From Eledone cirrhosa (Eukaryota), in assembly GCA_964016885.1 (NCBI GenBank), contig OZ024764.1, positions 28,458,001 through 28,522,000 of the forward strand: a stretch of 64,000 nt of DNA. Direction: 5' to 3'. The notes below the pieces were generated by a model. The model made no database searches and was not told the DNA's origin. It saw nothing but the letters and a program-made list of their open reading frames with translations. The number at the start of each line of letters is the position of its first letter. The stretch's first letter is position 1. Shown one piece after another: positions 46,154-59,009 of the stretch. The position numbers and the translations under genes are program-made.

Positions 46154-46347
46154 TATATATATATTGTTATACTTGGGGAGGGTCATATTGTTGTAATATT
46201 GCCAGAAATAATATTGTCATACATTTTCCTATTACCCACTCTACTACCCTAAGTATTGAGTACTCTGGTGCGTTATGGTCCATCTGGTTTCTTACCACAA
46301 CTCCTCCGTTATATATATATATGTATATATATATGTATGTATATAAA

Positions 46348-46620
46348 CTCTGTCTTAAGCCAGAATGCTCATTTGGCCGGTGCTTATCCCGGTTTCATGG
46401 TGTGAAGCGACTGAGAGTACCATACTCCCCCTGGACAGGACGCCAGTCCATCGCAGGGTTAAACCTCCAGCTATTGCTGGTACTCATTTTCAGCTGAGTA
46501 TACTGGAGCAACGTGAAATGAAGTGTTTTGCTCAAGAACGTAACACGCAACCCAGGAATCGAACCCACGACATTATGATCGTAAGTCCAACACCCTTACC
46601 ACTAGGCCACGTGCCTCCAC
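46348..46620 (-). mobile_element. tRNA-derived SINE (MetaSINE-like)
   Basis: A/B boxes tggcctagtgg and ggttcgattcc; ctgcgatggactggcgtcctgtccagggggag...gaaaccgggataagc. Confidence 0.75.
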
Positions 46621-47183
46621 ATATCTATATATATATATATATATATTAATTTCAACAATGTCAGTATTCCGTGTGTCATAATTCTTGATTATCATTGGTT
46701 CATAGGTTTCAAACGACTCCGCCCACCTCAACGACACCAATCTTAAATTAATATGCATAATGCCAATGAGAGAGTGAGAGGGGAGAGTAATAAACAGAGA
46801 GGCAAAGTGAACGCTGTGTTGGATACACTATGTATATGTGTCAGTGTAGAGACGTGTGTGGAAATAGGAGGGGAAGGAAAGCAATTAACTATTAACATGT
46901 GTGCGTGTGTATGTATGTGCGCGTATGTTTATGTGTGTGTGTGCGTGCGTGCAGCGTTCCACAGAAAGTAAAAACTATCAACATGTGTGAGTGTGTGCGT
47001 AAGTTTGCGTGCGTGTGCGCGTTTCCGTGCGTGTATGTGTGTGTACGTGCGGCATCCCACAAATCGCCACGCAGTTTATCTGTCTGTGTGCCTGTCTGTC
47101 AGTCTAACATACACAGAGTTGTGAAGGGAGTAAATAGGGACCTTTTTTTTTTTTACATTGACGGACATCTTTTATATTAATTA

Positions 47184-47539
47184 TCTATATCTATATCTAC
47201 ATATAACATAAAAGATTAGAACTTCCATCATCCTTTTGAGAAACGTGGAACAACCACGTCTATGTAATGAGACACGTTTTACAGTCAGGCAGAAGATGAA
47301 CCATCTCCTGGAGGTCATTATTCTAGGTGGGAGCACCTAGAATTGTTCATATACTATGCACAAACGGTACAACGAAGAATCTGGTATCTCTGGAAGATTT
47401 TTTTTACTTTTTTTTGTATCACACAGACACCACGGACTCGCCTCATACTGTAACCAGACAAACATCCAATACAGTCATTTTCTCTTTTACATCTCTTCTC
47501 TTATCTGTTTACCCGGGCGAAGCTGGGTACGTCAGCTAG
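47184..47539 (+). mobile_element. Non-autonomous Helitron
   Basis: 5' TC; subterminal hairpin tacccgg(gcgaag)ctgggta; 3' CTAG; inserted between A and T. Confidence 0.75.
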
Positions 47540-47666
47540 TATATATATATATATAGACATATATATATATATATAAAATAAGATTTTGTCCAGGGCGGTG
47601 CCCCAGAATGGCCTCAGCCGGATGGCTGGACCAGGTAAAAGAGTAAAAGAGTATAATTCTACAAAC

Positions 47667-48299
47667 CTTGTTGTAATGTTGATGGTGATGATGATGATGA
47701 TGATGATGATGATGGCAATGGTGGTGGTGGTGGTGTTGTTGTTGTTGTTGTTTTTGTTGTCGTTGCTTCTATTTCTGATGATGATGATGATGGTGATGGT
47801 GGTTGTGTGAACCAGTATGTGATGTCCGTAAAACCTCCACCACCGCCGCCGCTTTCATCTGTCCACAGAGGCGTCGGCGGCGTGGTGGCGGCGGCGGCGG
47901 TGGTGGTGGTGGTGGTGGTAGTAGGGGCTGCTTTGGTGGCGGTGGTGGTGGTGGCGGCGGCGGCGGGAGTACCGAAGGCTGAGGCCGTGCAGACGACAGC
48001 GAACGGCCAGTCGCACACCTTCAGCTTCACGTTGAAGAGGGTGTTGGCAGGGCAGCTCATGGTGACCGGGTAAACACCGCCCACACAGCGTATGAACTTG
48101 TCACAGCGGCCATTGGGGTAGACAGAGAAGTCTGCACACGGTGGCGGCGGCGGTGGCGGTGGGGCTGCTGCTGCTGCTTTTGTCGACGGTGGCGGCGGCG
48201 GCGGCGTGGGCGGTGGCGGTGAGACCTGCGAGGAGACGGCGATGAGGGTGGTGACGATGGCGAGCGCGGTGGCGGCGTTCATTGTCTTGATGTTGGTGG
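47667..48299 (-). CDS. Chitin-binding protein, main exon (signal peptide, Pro-rich segment, CBM14, Thr/Ser/Pro linker)
   Basis: cgcag acceptor; MNAATALAIVTTLIAVSS (ATG at 48282); CADFSVYPNGRCDKFIRCVGG...CPANTLFNVKLKVCDWPFAVVC; G|gtttgt donor; 633 nt, phase 1-1. Confidence 0.85.
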
Positions 48300-48524
48300 C
48301 TGCGGGAGAGAGAGGGAGAGAGTATATGTAAGAGAGAGAGATAGAGAGGGAGGGAGAGAGAGTATATGTAAGAGAGAGAGAGAGAGGGAGAGTATATGTA
48401 AGAGAGAGAGATAGAGAGAGAGATAGAGAGAGGGAGAGAGAAGGAGAGTATATGTAGGAGAAAGAAAGAGAGGGAGGGAGAGAGAGTATATGTAAGAGAG
48501 AGAGAGAGGGGGAGAGTATATGTA

Positions 48525-48569
<45 letters not shown>

Positions 48570-49351
48570 GAGGGAGAGTATATGTAAGAGAGAGAGAGGG
48601 GAGGGAGAGTATATGTAAGAGAGTGAGAGAGGGAGGGAGAGAGTATATGTAAGAGAGTGAGAGAGGGAGGGAGAGAGTATATGTAAGAGAGTGAGAGAGT
48701 GTGTGTGTGCGCGTCATGATGATATTTGTTTTTGAAAAGCGCATAATAAAATACTTGGAACTCTTTTAACCATCTTATATTACATATATACATATATACA
48801 TATATACATATATACATATATACATTACATATATACATATATACATATATACATTACATATATACATATATACATATATACGTAACATATATACATATAT
48901 ACATATATACATTACATATATACATATATACATATATACATTACATATATACATATATACATATATACATATATACATATATACATATATACATTACATA
49001 TATACATATATACATATATACATTACATATATACATATATACATATATACATATATACATTACATATATACATATATACATAACATATATACATATATAC
49101 ATATATACGTAACATATATACATATATACATTACATATATACATATATACATAACATATATACATATATACATATATACATTACATATATACATATATAC
49201 ATAACATATATACATATATACATTACATATATATATATATACATATATACATATATACATTACATATATACATATATACATATATACATTACATATATAC
49301 ATATATACATATATACATATATATATGTTCTTATATTGTCCCCTATATGTA

Positions 49352-49770
49352 TAGCGATGGATTGGCAGAATCGGTAGAGCGTCAGACACCATGCTTTGCA
49401 GCATAGAGTTATGGCCCTTTGCGTTCTGAGTTAAAATCCCGCTGAAGTTAACTTCGTCTTTCATCCTTACGGGGTCGATAAAATAAAGTACCAGTAATAC
49501 ACTGGAGAAATTGATGGCCTTGTGCCAAAACTAGAAACAATTATTAGAGCATCAGATACCATGCTTTATAGCATAGAGTTATGGCCCTTTATGGTCTGAG
49601 TTCAAATCCCACCGAGGTTAACTTTGCCTTTCATCCTTACGGGGTCGAGAAAATAAAGTACCAGTAATACACTGGAGAAATTGCTGGCCTTGTGCCAAAG
49701 TAGAAACAGTTATGAGATAAAATAAAGTACCAGTAATACACTGGGACAATTGCTGCCCTTGTGCCAAAGA
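49352..49770 (+). mobile_element. Tandem Deu/Nin-like tRNA SINE copies (also 21960-22085 and 53222-53595)
   Basis: tggcagaatcgg A box, gttcaaatcc B box, gcctttcatccttacggggtcgataaaataaagtacc core. Confidence 0.8.
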
Positions 49771-49798
49771 AAAGTAGTATTCATGTAAACTAACTCAC

Positions 49799-49838
49799 CA
49801 TTGAAGCTGATTCTTTGAAGACTGCTTTTCCTTGGCAT
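49799..49838 (-). CDS. Chitin-binding protein, putative upstream exon (MPRKSSLQRISFN, or 5' UTR)
   Basis: Strong G|gtgagt donor at 49799/49798; phase 1, in frame with the next exon; in-frame stop upstream. Confidence 0.5.
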
Positions 49839-50538
49839 TGCCAAATCCTTCTAATGTGAGTCCAATGATGACATCCACTGGTGACCAACTGCTGTGTAGT
49901 TATGTAATATGTATTACAAAGACTCCAGCTTCTCTCTTAAAGATTGTGTAAGCAGGTATGTTGTTGTTGTTGTTGTTACTGTTGTTGTTGTTACTGTTGT
50001 TACTGTTGTTGTTGTTACTGTTCTTGTTGTTACTGTTGCTGTTTTGTCTCTTAAAGATTGTGTAAGCATGTATGTTGTTGTTACTACTGCTGTTGTTATT
50101 ACTGTTGTTGTTACTGTTGTTGTTGTTACTGTTGTTGTTGCTGTTGTTGTCGTTGTTGTTGTTACTGTTGCTGTTTTGTCTCTTAAAGATTGTGTAAGCA
50201 TGTATGTTGTTGTTACTACTGCTGTTGTTATTACTGTTGTTGTTGCTGTTGTTACTGTTGTTGTTGTTACTGTTGTTGTTGCCGTTGTTGTTGTTGTTGT
50301 TGTTGTCGTTGTTGTTGTTACTGTTGCTGTTTTGTCTCTTAAAGATTGTTTCGTGTGTAATACGAGACTGAGGGACTTGGACTCCACAAAAGGAATATGG
50401 GATATAGATCTAGATAGAGTAAATATTACGTATAGGGACATATCGTAATATTTACACTATAGATATAAAGAGTAAATATGAAGACACACAGACACACACA
50501 AAAAAAAACTAACAAAACAAATCAGACACAGATATTGG

Positions 50539-50995
50539 GTCAAGTATGAAATTTGTAGAAATTTCTAGAAAGAAAACAAATTTCTACAAATTTCATACTT
50601 GACAACCCAATAAAACAAACAACCAACTAGTGACACATAAATAAATAAATAAATAAAAACACACACCCGCATGTAACGCATGCGCAAACTAAGCACACAA
50701 CACAACAGAACACACAACACACAAAAACAAGATGGTGTAGGACGGAACAAAGGAGACACACACAAAATAAAAACCTAGTCACTGAGGAGGTCACAGAATG
50801 TGTGACGAAAGAGCTTTGACAATCAATATACAAACAACCTTCCCGTTATCGAACCAACCAATTTATAATAAATTGAAGTGAAAACCAACAGGTGCGTGTG
50901 TTTTTATTGGCAACATGACCCTCCCAAAGTATAACATGTTTCAACACACGTTTTCAGATGAGAAATCTCACAAAACAAATTCAAAAGCGAATTAT
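50539..50995 (+). mobile_element. Family B element with hammerhead 50778-50820 and short 5' hairpin
   Basis: gtca-CTGAGGA-g-GTCACA..TGTGAC-GAAA-GAGC-TT-tgac; hairpin 50539-50603. Confidence 0.75.
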
Positions 50996-51011
50996 ATACA
51001 TATATATATAT

Positions 51012-52622
51012 TTGAGATCCATCTGTGGTCATGTACGAGAAGATAAAACCTCTAATGCCGATATCCTAACCAAATGCAACATTGGGGGGAATTGAGACTT
51101 TCCTTATGCAATCTCAGCTTCGTTGGGCTGGCCATGTCATCCGCATGATTGACGACATAATTCCAAAATTCCTCACGTATGGTCAGTTTAACAGCGGCAA
51201 GAGGAAGACTGGTAGACCATGGCTACGATACAAGGATAAGTTGAAAACAAATCTCACTGCTCTTGCAATCCCTTTCCGTGATTGTGAACACATTGCTGCT
51301 GACAAAAAGGACTGGAGAGAAAGGTGCCGTAGTGCGATCCGGAACATTGGGGGGAATTGAGACTTTCCTTATGCAATCTCAGCTTCGTTGGGCTGGCCAT
51401 GTCATCCGCATGATTGACGACATAATTCCAAAATTCCTCACGTATGGTCAGTTTAACAGCGGCAAGAGGAAGACTGGTAGACCATGGCTACGATACAAGG
51501 ATAAGTTGAAATCAAATCTCACTGCCCTTGCAATCCCTTTCCGTGATTGTGAACACATTGCTGCTGACAAAAAGGACTGGAGAGAAAGGTGCCGTAGTGC
51601 GATCCGGAACATTGGGGGGAATTGAGACTTTCCTTATGCAATCTCAGCTTCGTTGGGCTGGCCATGTCATCCGCATGAGTGACGACATAATTCCAAAATT
51701 CCTCACGTATGGTCAGTTTAACAGCGGCAAGAGGAAGACTGGTAGACCATGGCTACGATACAAGGATAAGTTGAAATCAAATCTCACTGCCCTTGCAATC
51801 CCTTTCCGTGATTGTGAACACATTGCTGCTGACAAAAAGGACTGGAGAGAAAGGTGCCGTAGTGCGATCCGGAACATTGGGGGGAATTGAGACTTTCCTT
51901 ATGCAATCTCAGCTTCGTTGGGCTGGCCATGTCATCCGCATGAGTGACGACATAATTCCAAAATTCCTCACGTATGGTCAGTTTAACAGCGGCAAGAGGA
52001 AGACTGGTAGACCATGGCTACGATACAAGGATAAGTTGAAAACAAATCTCACTGCTCTTGCAATCCCTTTCCGTGATTGTGAACACATTGCTGCTGACAA
52101 AAAGGACTGGAGAGAAAGGTGCCGTAGTGCGATCCGGAACATTGGGGGGAATTGAGACTTTCCTTATGCAATCTCAGCTTCGTTGGGCTGGCCATGTCAT
52201 CCGCATGATTGACGACATAATTCCAAAATTCCTCACGTATGGTCAGTTTAACAGCGGCAAGAGGAAGACTGGTAGACCATGGCTACGATACAAGGATAAG
52301 TTGAAATCAAATCTCACTGCCCTTGCAATCCCTTTCCGTGATTGTGAACACATTGCTGCTGACAAAAAGGACTGGAGAGAAAGGTGCCGTAGTGCGATCC
52401 GGAGCATTGAATCCAGACGCATAGAGAAATTGCGTGTTGACCGAACAGGGACGAAGCAACGGGCCTTGATATCTGCAAGACTCTCCATAAACTGTTGATC
52501 TTGTGACCTACGTGGCTTGGTCTGTGTGTCGCTGGCGGGATTGAATTGTCGCATGAGTCACCGCCATCCAGAGAACTGAGCTTTTGTTGGGCCCTCATAC
52601 GTCGGATATCGACGGAAGAGCT

Positions 52623-52628
<6 letters not shown>
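51012..52628 (+). mobile_element. RTE (BovB-like) LINE 3' fragment with five near-identical 265-bp tandem units
   Basis: QLRWAGHVIRM...GKRKTGRPWLRYKDKLK repeated at 51078, 51343, 51608, 51873 and 52138. Confidence 0.9.
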
Positions 52629-52674
<46 letters not shown>

Positions 52675-52680
<6 letters not shown>

Positions 52681-52960
52681 TATGCCTTCATCAGACAAAA
52701 TACAATATATAAACAGTTTTATAAATAATTTTGACGTACTTATAAAACTGTTTATATATTGAATTTTGTCTGGTGAAGGCATACCATATTTTAATTTGGT
52801 ATCCCTGAAATATGTATAATGAAATAAATATGGTTTTATAAATATAGTTTCTATTTATTTAATATCGTATATCTACTCCAAAAACTTGTCGAGTGCTTTA
52901 TATCAGTTATAAAATATTTACTTGTTGTATCCCAACAATTTTAAATAGAACTTTTGCATA
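52675..52960 (+). mobile_element. Family D element: 5' inversion, hammerhead (52763-52825, CTGGTGA) and tail
   Basis: The inverted arm keeps CTGATGA (tcatcag at 52688); GAAA-tatgta-TA. Confidence 0.7.
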
Positions 52961-53029
52961 TATATATTTATATATAAGCAAAAGAATTAATGAAAGATTT
53001 ACAAGCCGTTAAAACATATATTTATAAAG

Positions 53030-53068
53030 CTCTTACGCATGTTTCGTCCAATGGGGCTCGTCTGAAGT
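53030..53068 (-). ncRNA. Degenerate minimal hammerhead
   Basis: Minus strand: CAGACGA-gccc(catt)ggac-GAAA-CATGCG-TA. Confidence 0.35.
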
Positions 53069-53597
53069 ACATATTAAAGGCAAAGTTTTTAATTATAGAC
53101 CCTAATAGGGTTAAATAATAGTTTTACATCGCCGTGCATATTAAATTTAAATGTATAAACACGCTTTTGGCATGTAATATTCTGTATGGCACCTCTTTAT
53201 GCTTCTTCTTTCTATCCTCTTGGTCGGACGCCATGCTTTGATGCATAGAGTTACGGCCCTTGCCATTCTGAGTTCAAATTCCGCCGAGGTTTACTTTGCC
53301 TTTCATCCTTACGGGGTCGATAAAATAAAGTACCAGTAATGTACTGCGATAATTGCTGGCGTTATGCCAATAGTAGAAACAATTATATATATATAATTGT
53401 TTCTACGTTAGGCACAAGGCCAGCAATTACCCAGTGCATTACTGGTACTTTATTTTATCGACCCCGTGATATATGGTCTGAGTTCAAATCCCGCCGAGGT
53501 TAACTTTGCCTTTCATCCTTACAGGGTCGATAAAATAAAGTACCAGTAATACACTGGGCAATTGCTGGCCTTGTGCCAAAAGTAGAAACAATTATTA

Positions 53598-53632
<35 letters not shown>

Positions 53633-53758
53633 CCTTTTGATAGGGTCAGCCTTCAAGTCTACTCTGGTCCCAGTTCAATTCTTTCTAATCTGTAGAGGAA
53701 AAAAAGTATAGTTAGGAAACATCCCTATTTAAAACTATGTCCAGATTTTAAGGACACC

Positions 53759-53905
<147 letters not shown>

Positions 53906-53920
53906 TGCATATATTATATA

Positions 53921-54795
53921 TAACTTTGAATAACTTTGAAATGTTTTGGCCAGTATTGGCCCAGGCCATGTCTAACTTAATAGCACACCTGGCGAAGTCT
54001 TTCAATTCAGGATTTGGGCACCATGGCCCATTCGAGAAGAGAATTACTGTTTGCGGAGACATATCCGGGTGTGGGTGGTTTGTCCGGGATTACTTGGAGG
54101 AATTTGTCCAAAGACTTCTTGAATTTTGTGTGGTCAGTTTCTGTTTTGACGTGTCCTGGTGTGATGTTGAAGAGAGCAGGGCCGATTGAGGTGAAATAAT
54201 TGTGCCGTATTGTTGTTATGAGTTGCGATTTAGATTTTTGTATGGGACGGATAGCACGGGGCCCAAGCCTTGGGTGTATCTTGAAGGCGATGCCAACATC
54301 ATTTGGGCAGTGATGATGGAACATTTTCCACATCATGCAGATAATATAACGCTCACGGCGACGTTGGAGTGAGTAAAGTTTCAGGTTTTCTAGTCGACCC
54401 CAGTAGTCAAGGTCTGACATGCCATCTATCTTTTTCGTGATTGCCCTTTGAGGAGCTTCAAGTTTCATGATACTTTGTTTCGTGTGGGGAGACCACAGTG
54501 GACAACAGTATTCAAGGTGTGGTCGGGCAAAAGTAGAGAAGAGAAGGATAATGGTGTGGGAATCTCTCGACTGGAAGGTTCTGAGGATCCAGGAACACAT
54601 TCTGCGGGCCATGTCAACTTTGCTGCTTATATGCGTGGCCCAGCTTATGTTGCAGTCCACGGTTACTCCCAAGTCTCTGATGTTGTTAGATGCCACGAGA
54701 GTTTCCCCGGAGGGAAGGGAGTACGGGAGTTTCAGAGCATCCTCTTTTCCAAAGTGGATCAGTTCGAATTTGTCTTCGTTCAGTAACATGTTGTT
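53921..54795 (-). mobile_element. 5'-truncated CR1-group LINE with an uninterrupted ORF2 C-terminus
   Basis: NNMLLNEDK...RDLGV...RPHLEYCCPLWSP...LYSLQRRRER; 3' tail (ttcaaagtta)2. Confidence 0.9.
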
Positions 54796-54907
54796 ATATA
54801 TATATATATACATATGCATATATTATATATATATATGTGTTTATATAAATATATGCATATATTATATATATATATGTATGTGTGTGGGTTATATATATAT
54901 ATATATA

Positions 54908-55111
54908 TAACAAAGGAATTGTGTAAGGAATCAGATGGACCATAACGCACCAGAGTACTCAATACTTAGGGTAGTAGAGTGGGAAATAGGAAAAAGTATG
55001 ACCCCGACGGCAGAGCTCAAGCCGTTTCGACGGCTATTTCTGGACTCAAATAGTCCAGAAATAGCCGTCGAAACGGCTTGAGCTCTGCCGTCGTGGTCAT
55101 ACTTTTTCCTA
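54908..55111 (-). mobile_element. Family A element
   Basis: Near-perfect hairpin 54987-55111 plus tail; lies in (TA)n. Confidence 0.8.
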
Positions 55112-55201
55112 TATATATATATATATATATATATCATGTGTGTGTAAATATATATATATATGAAAGATTTATCTCAGTAAAAGAGACAACACACACAAAC
55201 A

Positions 55202-55271
<70 letters not shown>

Positions 55272-55536
55272 ATCCAGAAAAATATTTAATCAAGGATTAC
55301 AAGAAAGAAAGCCATTGAACAATGAGATTCCTTCTGGAATGTTCTGAGATTTCCTCCACCCTCTACCACTGCCACCTCCACCCACTACCACTGCTACCTC
55401 CTCCGTCATTGCCAACACCACCACCACCAGCATCATTACCACTACCACTACCAACACCACCACCATAACTTGGGTCATGCAGGAGGTAGGCCCGGTAAAA
55501 AAATGTTTTGTTGGCAGGAAGATGCCCCCCCCCCCT

Positions 55537-56184
55537 CCAGAAGTCTCCACTGCTACAGGTAGCCAGCTCAGCGCCTATGGTGGTAAGTAGGGAGGTAGCC
55601 CTAGGGCCAAGGACACCAGAAGTCTCCATTGCTACAGGTAGCCAGCTCTGCGCCTATGGTGGTGAGTAGGGAGGTAGCACTAGGGCCGAGCACACCAGAA
55701 GTCCCCACTGCTAGAGGTAGCCAGCTCTGCGCCTATGGTGGTGAGTAGGGAGGTAGCCCTAGGGCTGAGCACACCAGAAGTCCCCACTGCTAGAGATAGC
55801 CAGCTCTGTGCCTATGGTGGTGAGTAGGGAGGTAGCCCTAGGGCCGAGCACACCAGAAGTCCCCACTGCTAGAGGTAGCCAGCTCTGTGCCTATGGTGGT
55901 GAGTAGGGAGGTAGCCCTAGGGCTGAGCACACCAGAAGTCCCCACTGCTACAGGTAGCCAGCTCAGCGCCTATGGTGGTGAGTAGGGAGGTAGCCCTAGG
56001 GCCGAGCACACCAGAAGTCCCCACTGCTAGAGGTAGCCAGCTCTGTGCCTATGGTGGTGAGTAGGGAGGTAGCCCTAGGGCCAAGGACACCAGAAGTCTC
56101 CACTGCTACAGGTAGCCAGCTCAGCGCCTATGGTGGTGAGTAGGGAGGTAGCCCTAGGGCCAAGGACACCAGAAGTCTCCACTG
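55537..56184. repeat. 79-bp GC-rich minisatellite (~8 copies)
   Basis: ccagaagt at 55537, 55616, 55695 and onward. Confidence 0.95.
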
Positions 56185-56199
56185 CGAACGCCAACCTGT

Positions 56200-56343
56200 C
56201 GGAGAATCAGAAAGTGTATTTTGGAATTTAGAATTAACCAACGTTAATCGAGAGAGTGTAACTCGGAGATCTGCGAGTCACTCCAGGAGGAGCCGCTACT
56301 GCTCTAAATTGAGATATCACAGCTCCGATACTATGGGCATGTG
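56200..56343 (+). mobile_element. RTE fragment, a single-copy relative of the 65-bp satellite
   Basis: NSEICESLQEEPLLL*IEISQLRYYGHV. Confidence 0.65.
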
Positions 56344-58362
56344 CAACGGCCTTGTTTCAAGGGGGTACCAGAGAACAAGTCCCCTCGCCCTCCACACACA
56401 CTTTTTCAGGAACGGGGCCAAACCATCTTTTGTCCCCCCCCCCCCCCTACTTTTTCCCAATTAAAAAACAAAGAAAAACCCACTAACAAGTCATACATAT
56501 GTATAATACATATGTTTACATGTTTATTTAAGTGCGTATATTTATAAGAATAAATATAAACCCTAAGTTCCTTCTGTTGGTCCCTACTACACTTTATCTA
56601 TCCTTCCTTTTGACTTCCTTTCTTTCTCTACTACTGTAAAGTACAACACAACTTCTACTGTATCGTTTTAAAAATAATAATAATGAAATTATTGTGTACA
56701 GTGCTCAGGTGCACTACAACTCATCAAAGGTGCATGTATAGTACATAGAATAATGTACAAATGTCAGGGAAGTGAAGTGTATGAGTCATGATATACATGT
56801 GTGCGTGTGTATGGAGGGGGAATATCAGGCCGATGACAACCAGCCACTCGCCCTTGATGCTGCTTGGTGCCTCAGTCCCCGGCCTCACGCCCCATCCTCC
56901 ATCCCCACGAGTCGATACATGCAGCACTTGCAGCCCCACGAACAGGCGTAAGAGGGGCCGGAACTGTTCGGGGTGGAGATGCAGTAACTGTCTGTTTCCT
57001 TCGTCTGCCCAGCCACGGCCGTCTGGCGTACCACCAGATGAGACAGGGAGCTTGTGTGATGCCCAAGCCTCGCTGGTCAACATCGCTCGGCTCAGACGGC
57101 TTCGGAAGATTCCGCTCAAGATTCCGAGAGCGGTCCGGATGCCGGTAGCCGATGCCCTCGCTTCCTCAGTTGAGAGGGCCCTGGACTCTAAGCGAGCCAG
57201 CGACTGGGAGTGCCTCTTTTTCACTCGCCCTCGACCTCCGACTCTGGCGCTGAGTATCGAACCTGGTGTACGTGTGAGAGATAGGGAGGGCGAGGGAGAT
57301 GGAGGCGATGACAGTGGGAGTTCGGCTCTTCCACGTTCGGACCATATGTGGTTGTGTTTATTATCTATATAGAAAATTATTCATTTCTTATATATTGGTA
57401 TGTTGCAGCCTATAGATCACTCCTCAGTATTTCTATTTCTTTCTTTACGTTTACTTTCCAATCAAAGACCTTAGATCAAAACATACTTCTCTATTATTCT
57501 AACTCACGAACTGAGTACGAAACTAATGCTCTGAATTCACAAACCATTGAGGGAATAAAATATGTTTTTCCTTATAGCTCGAAATAAAGTAACACTAAAC
57601 AAATTATGTTGGTGTAATTTATTTTATATTTTACTCCTGAATCGTTACAATATTTTTATAAAATAGAAAGAGAATGATAATAAATACGATTAGGTGAATA
57701 AGGACGAGTAAAGCTGACCTCCCAAAAATTACATGGATTGTAAGGTAAAGAATTTACCTCTAATCAGTAGAGAGTGCTACAGAAGTTCCGGTTATTGTTT
57801 GTTCCTCGTGTCGTACGTTATCTGCAAACGTAATTAACATTACTATTAATGATTAAGAGCATTGCTGTTATTTAACCCTAAGGTAAGTCCTGCTCCTACA
57901 CCAATTAACATGGTTTTTAATTAATATTGTTGTTGGTGATGTTAAACTCTAGGTCAGGCCTGATCATACACTAATTAACAAGATATTTAATCAACAAGAA
58001 CGTTGTAGTTTAATCCAAGTTCAAGCCTGACCTCACACTTGTTAACTTTTTTATTAATGATATTGTTGTTGGCGACTTTACACTAACAGTAATGTGTGTG
58101 TGTGATGGACTCTGCCGTCGATATCCAACGTATGAGTGTCCAACAAAAGTTGATGTGAGAGAAGTGAACTGATGTTGAACTACCCACACAAGGTTTTGTT
58201 TTAAGTGGTGAAGGCTTGTGTAGGACCAACCACACTTTTTGGAACTGACGACACATATCTTCGGTGCAAATGTTTGCCACGGAAAATACAGCGAAACAGT
58301 TCTAGTCTCGTAGAAGCCATTTCTATATTAAATCTTACATAATAAGATAAGTAATTGTTTAA

Positions 58363-58761
58363 CCCTTTAATGTTCAAACTGGCCAAAACTCTCTACGTTT
58401 TTCTGTTGAAACTGGTCACTCAAACTGATGTTAAGGTATTGTTCTCAAAATAAATACTTTCAAAACCTCGTAGATTCGATATTATGTGAGGTAAAGCCTT
58501 TACCATGAAAATATAATAGTATATATAGAGTAATGTGAATGTCATGTGAGATATTATGTGAAGTAAAGCCTTTACTGTGAAAATATAATAGTATATATAG
58601 AGTAATGTAAATGTTATGTGAGATATTGTGAGGTAAAGCCTTTACTGTGAAAATATAATAGTATATATAGAGTAATGTGAATGTTATGTGAGATATTGTG
58701 AGGTAAAGCCTTTACTGTGAAAATATAATAGTATATATAGAGTAATGTGAATGCTAAAGGG
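58363..58761. mobile_element. piggyBac-type MITE with internal ~70-bp tandem x4
   Basis: TTAA|CCCTTT...AAAGGG|TTAA. Confidence 0.75.
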
Positions 58762-59009
58762 TTAAGGTAATCCAGCTAGAGGTTATGAGTAGTCTGTATC
58801 GAGGATAGTTTTAATGTTCAGCGTTGTTTGACTCAACAAGAAGTTTCCTTAGTCAGGTGGTCAATTTAAGAAAGTTCCTAGGTGGTTCTTGGAGTAATAA
58901 TAGTAAAAGAATAAAGAACAACACGGTTGGCTGCACAATAGGATTTATTTAAAACGCTATTGTACAGCCGACCATGTTATTCTTCATTCTTTTACTATTA
59001 AATCTTATA

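Noticed and set aside
48300-48744. N-terminal 150 aa of the 361-aa ORF
   Set aside because: CT-rich intronic minisatellite upstream of a clear cag acceptor.
49909-50448. Thr-rich (-) or Val-rich (+) ORFs as a mucin exon of the chitin-binding gene
   Set aside because: (GTT/ACT)n repeat with a duplicated spacer, upstream of the signal peptide and without convincing splice sites.
51082-52498. Five tandem host genes
   Set aside because: Units of 265 bp (not a multiple of 3) from an RTE ORF2 fragment.
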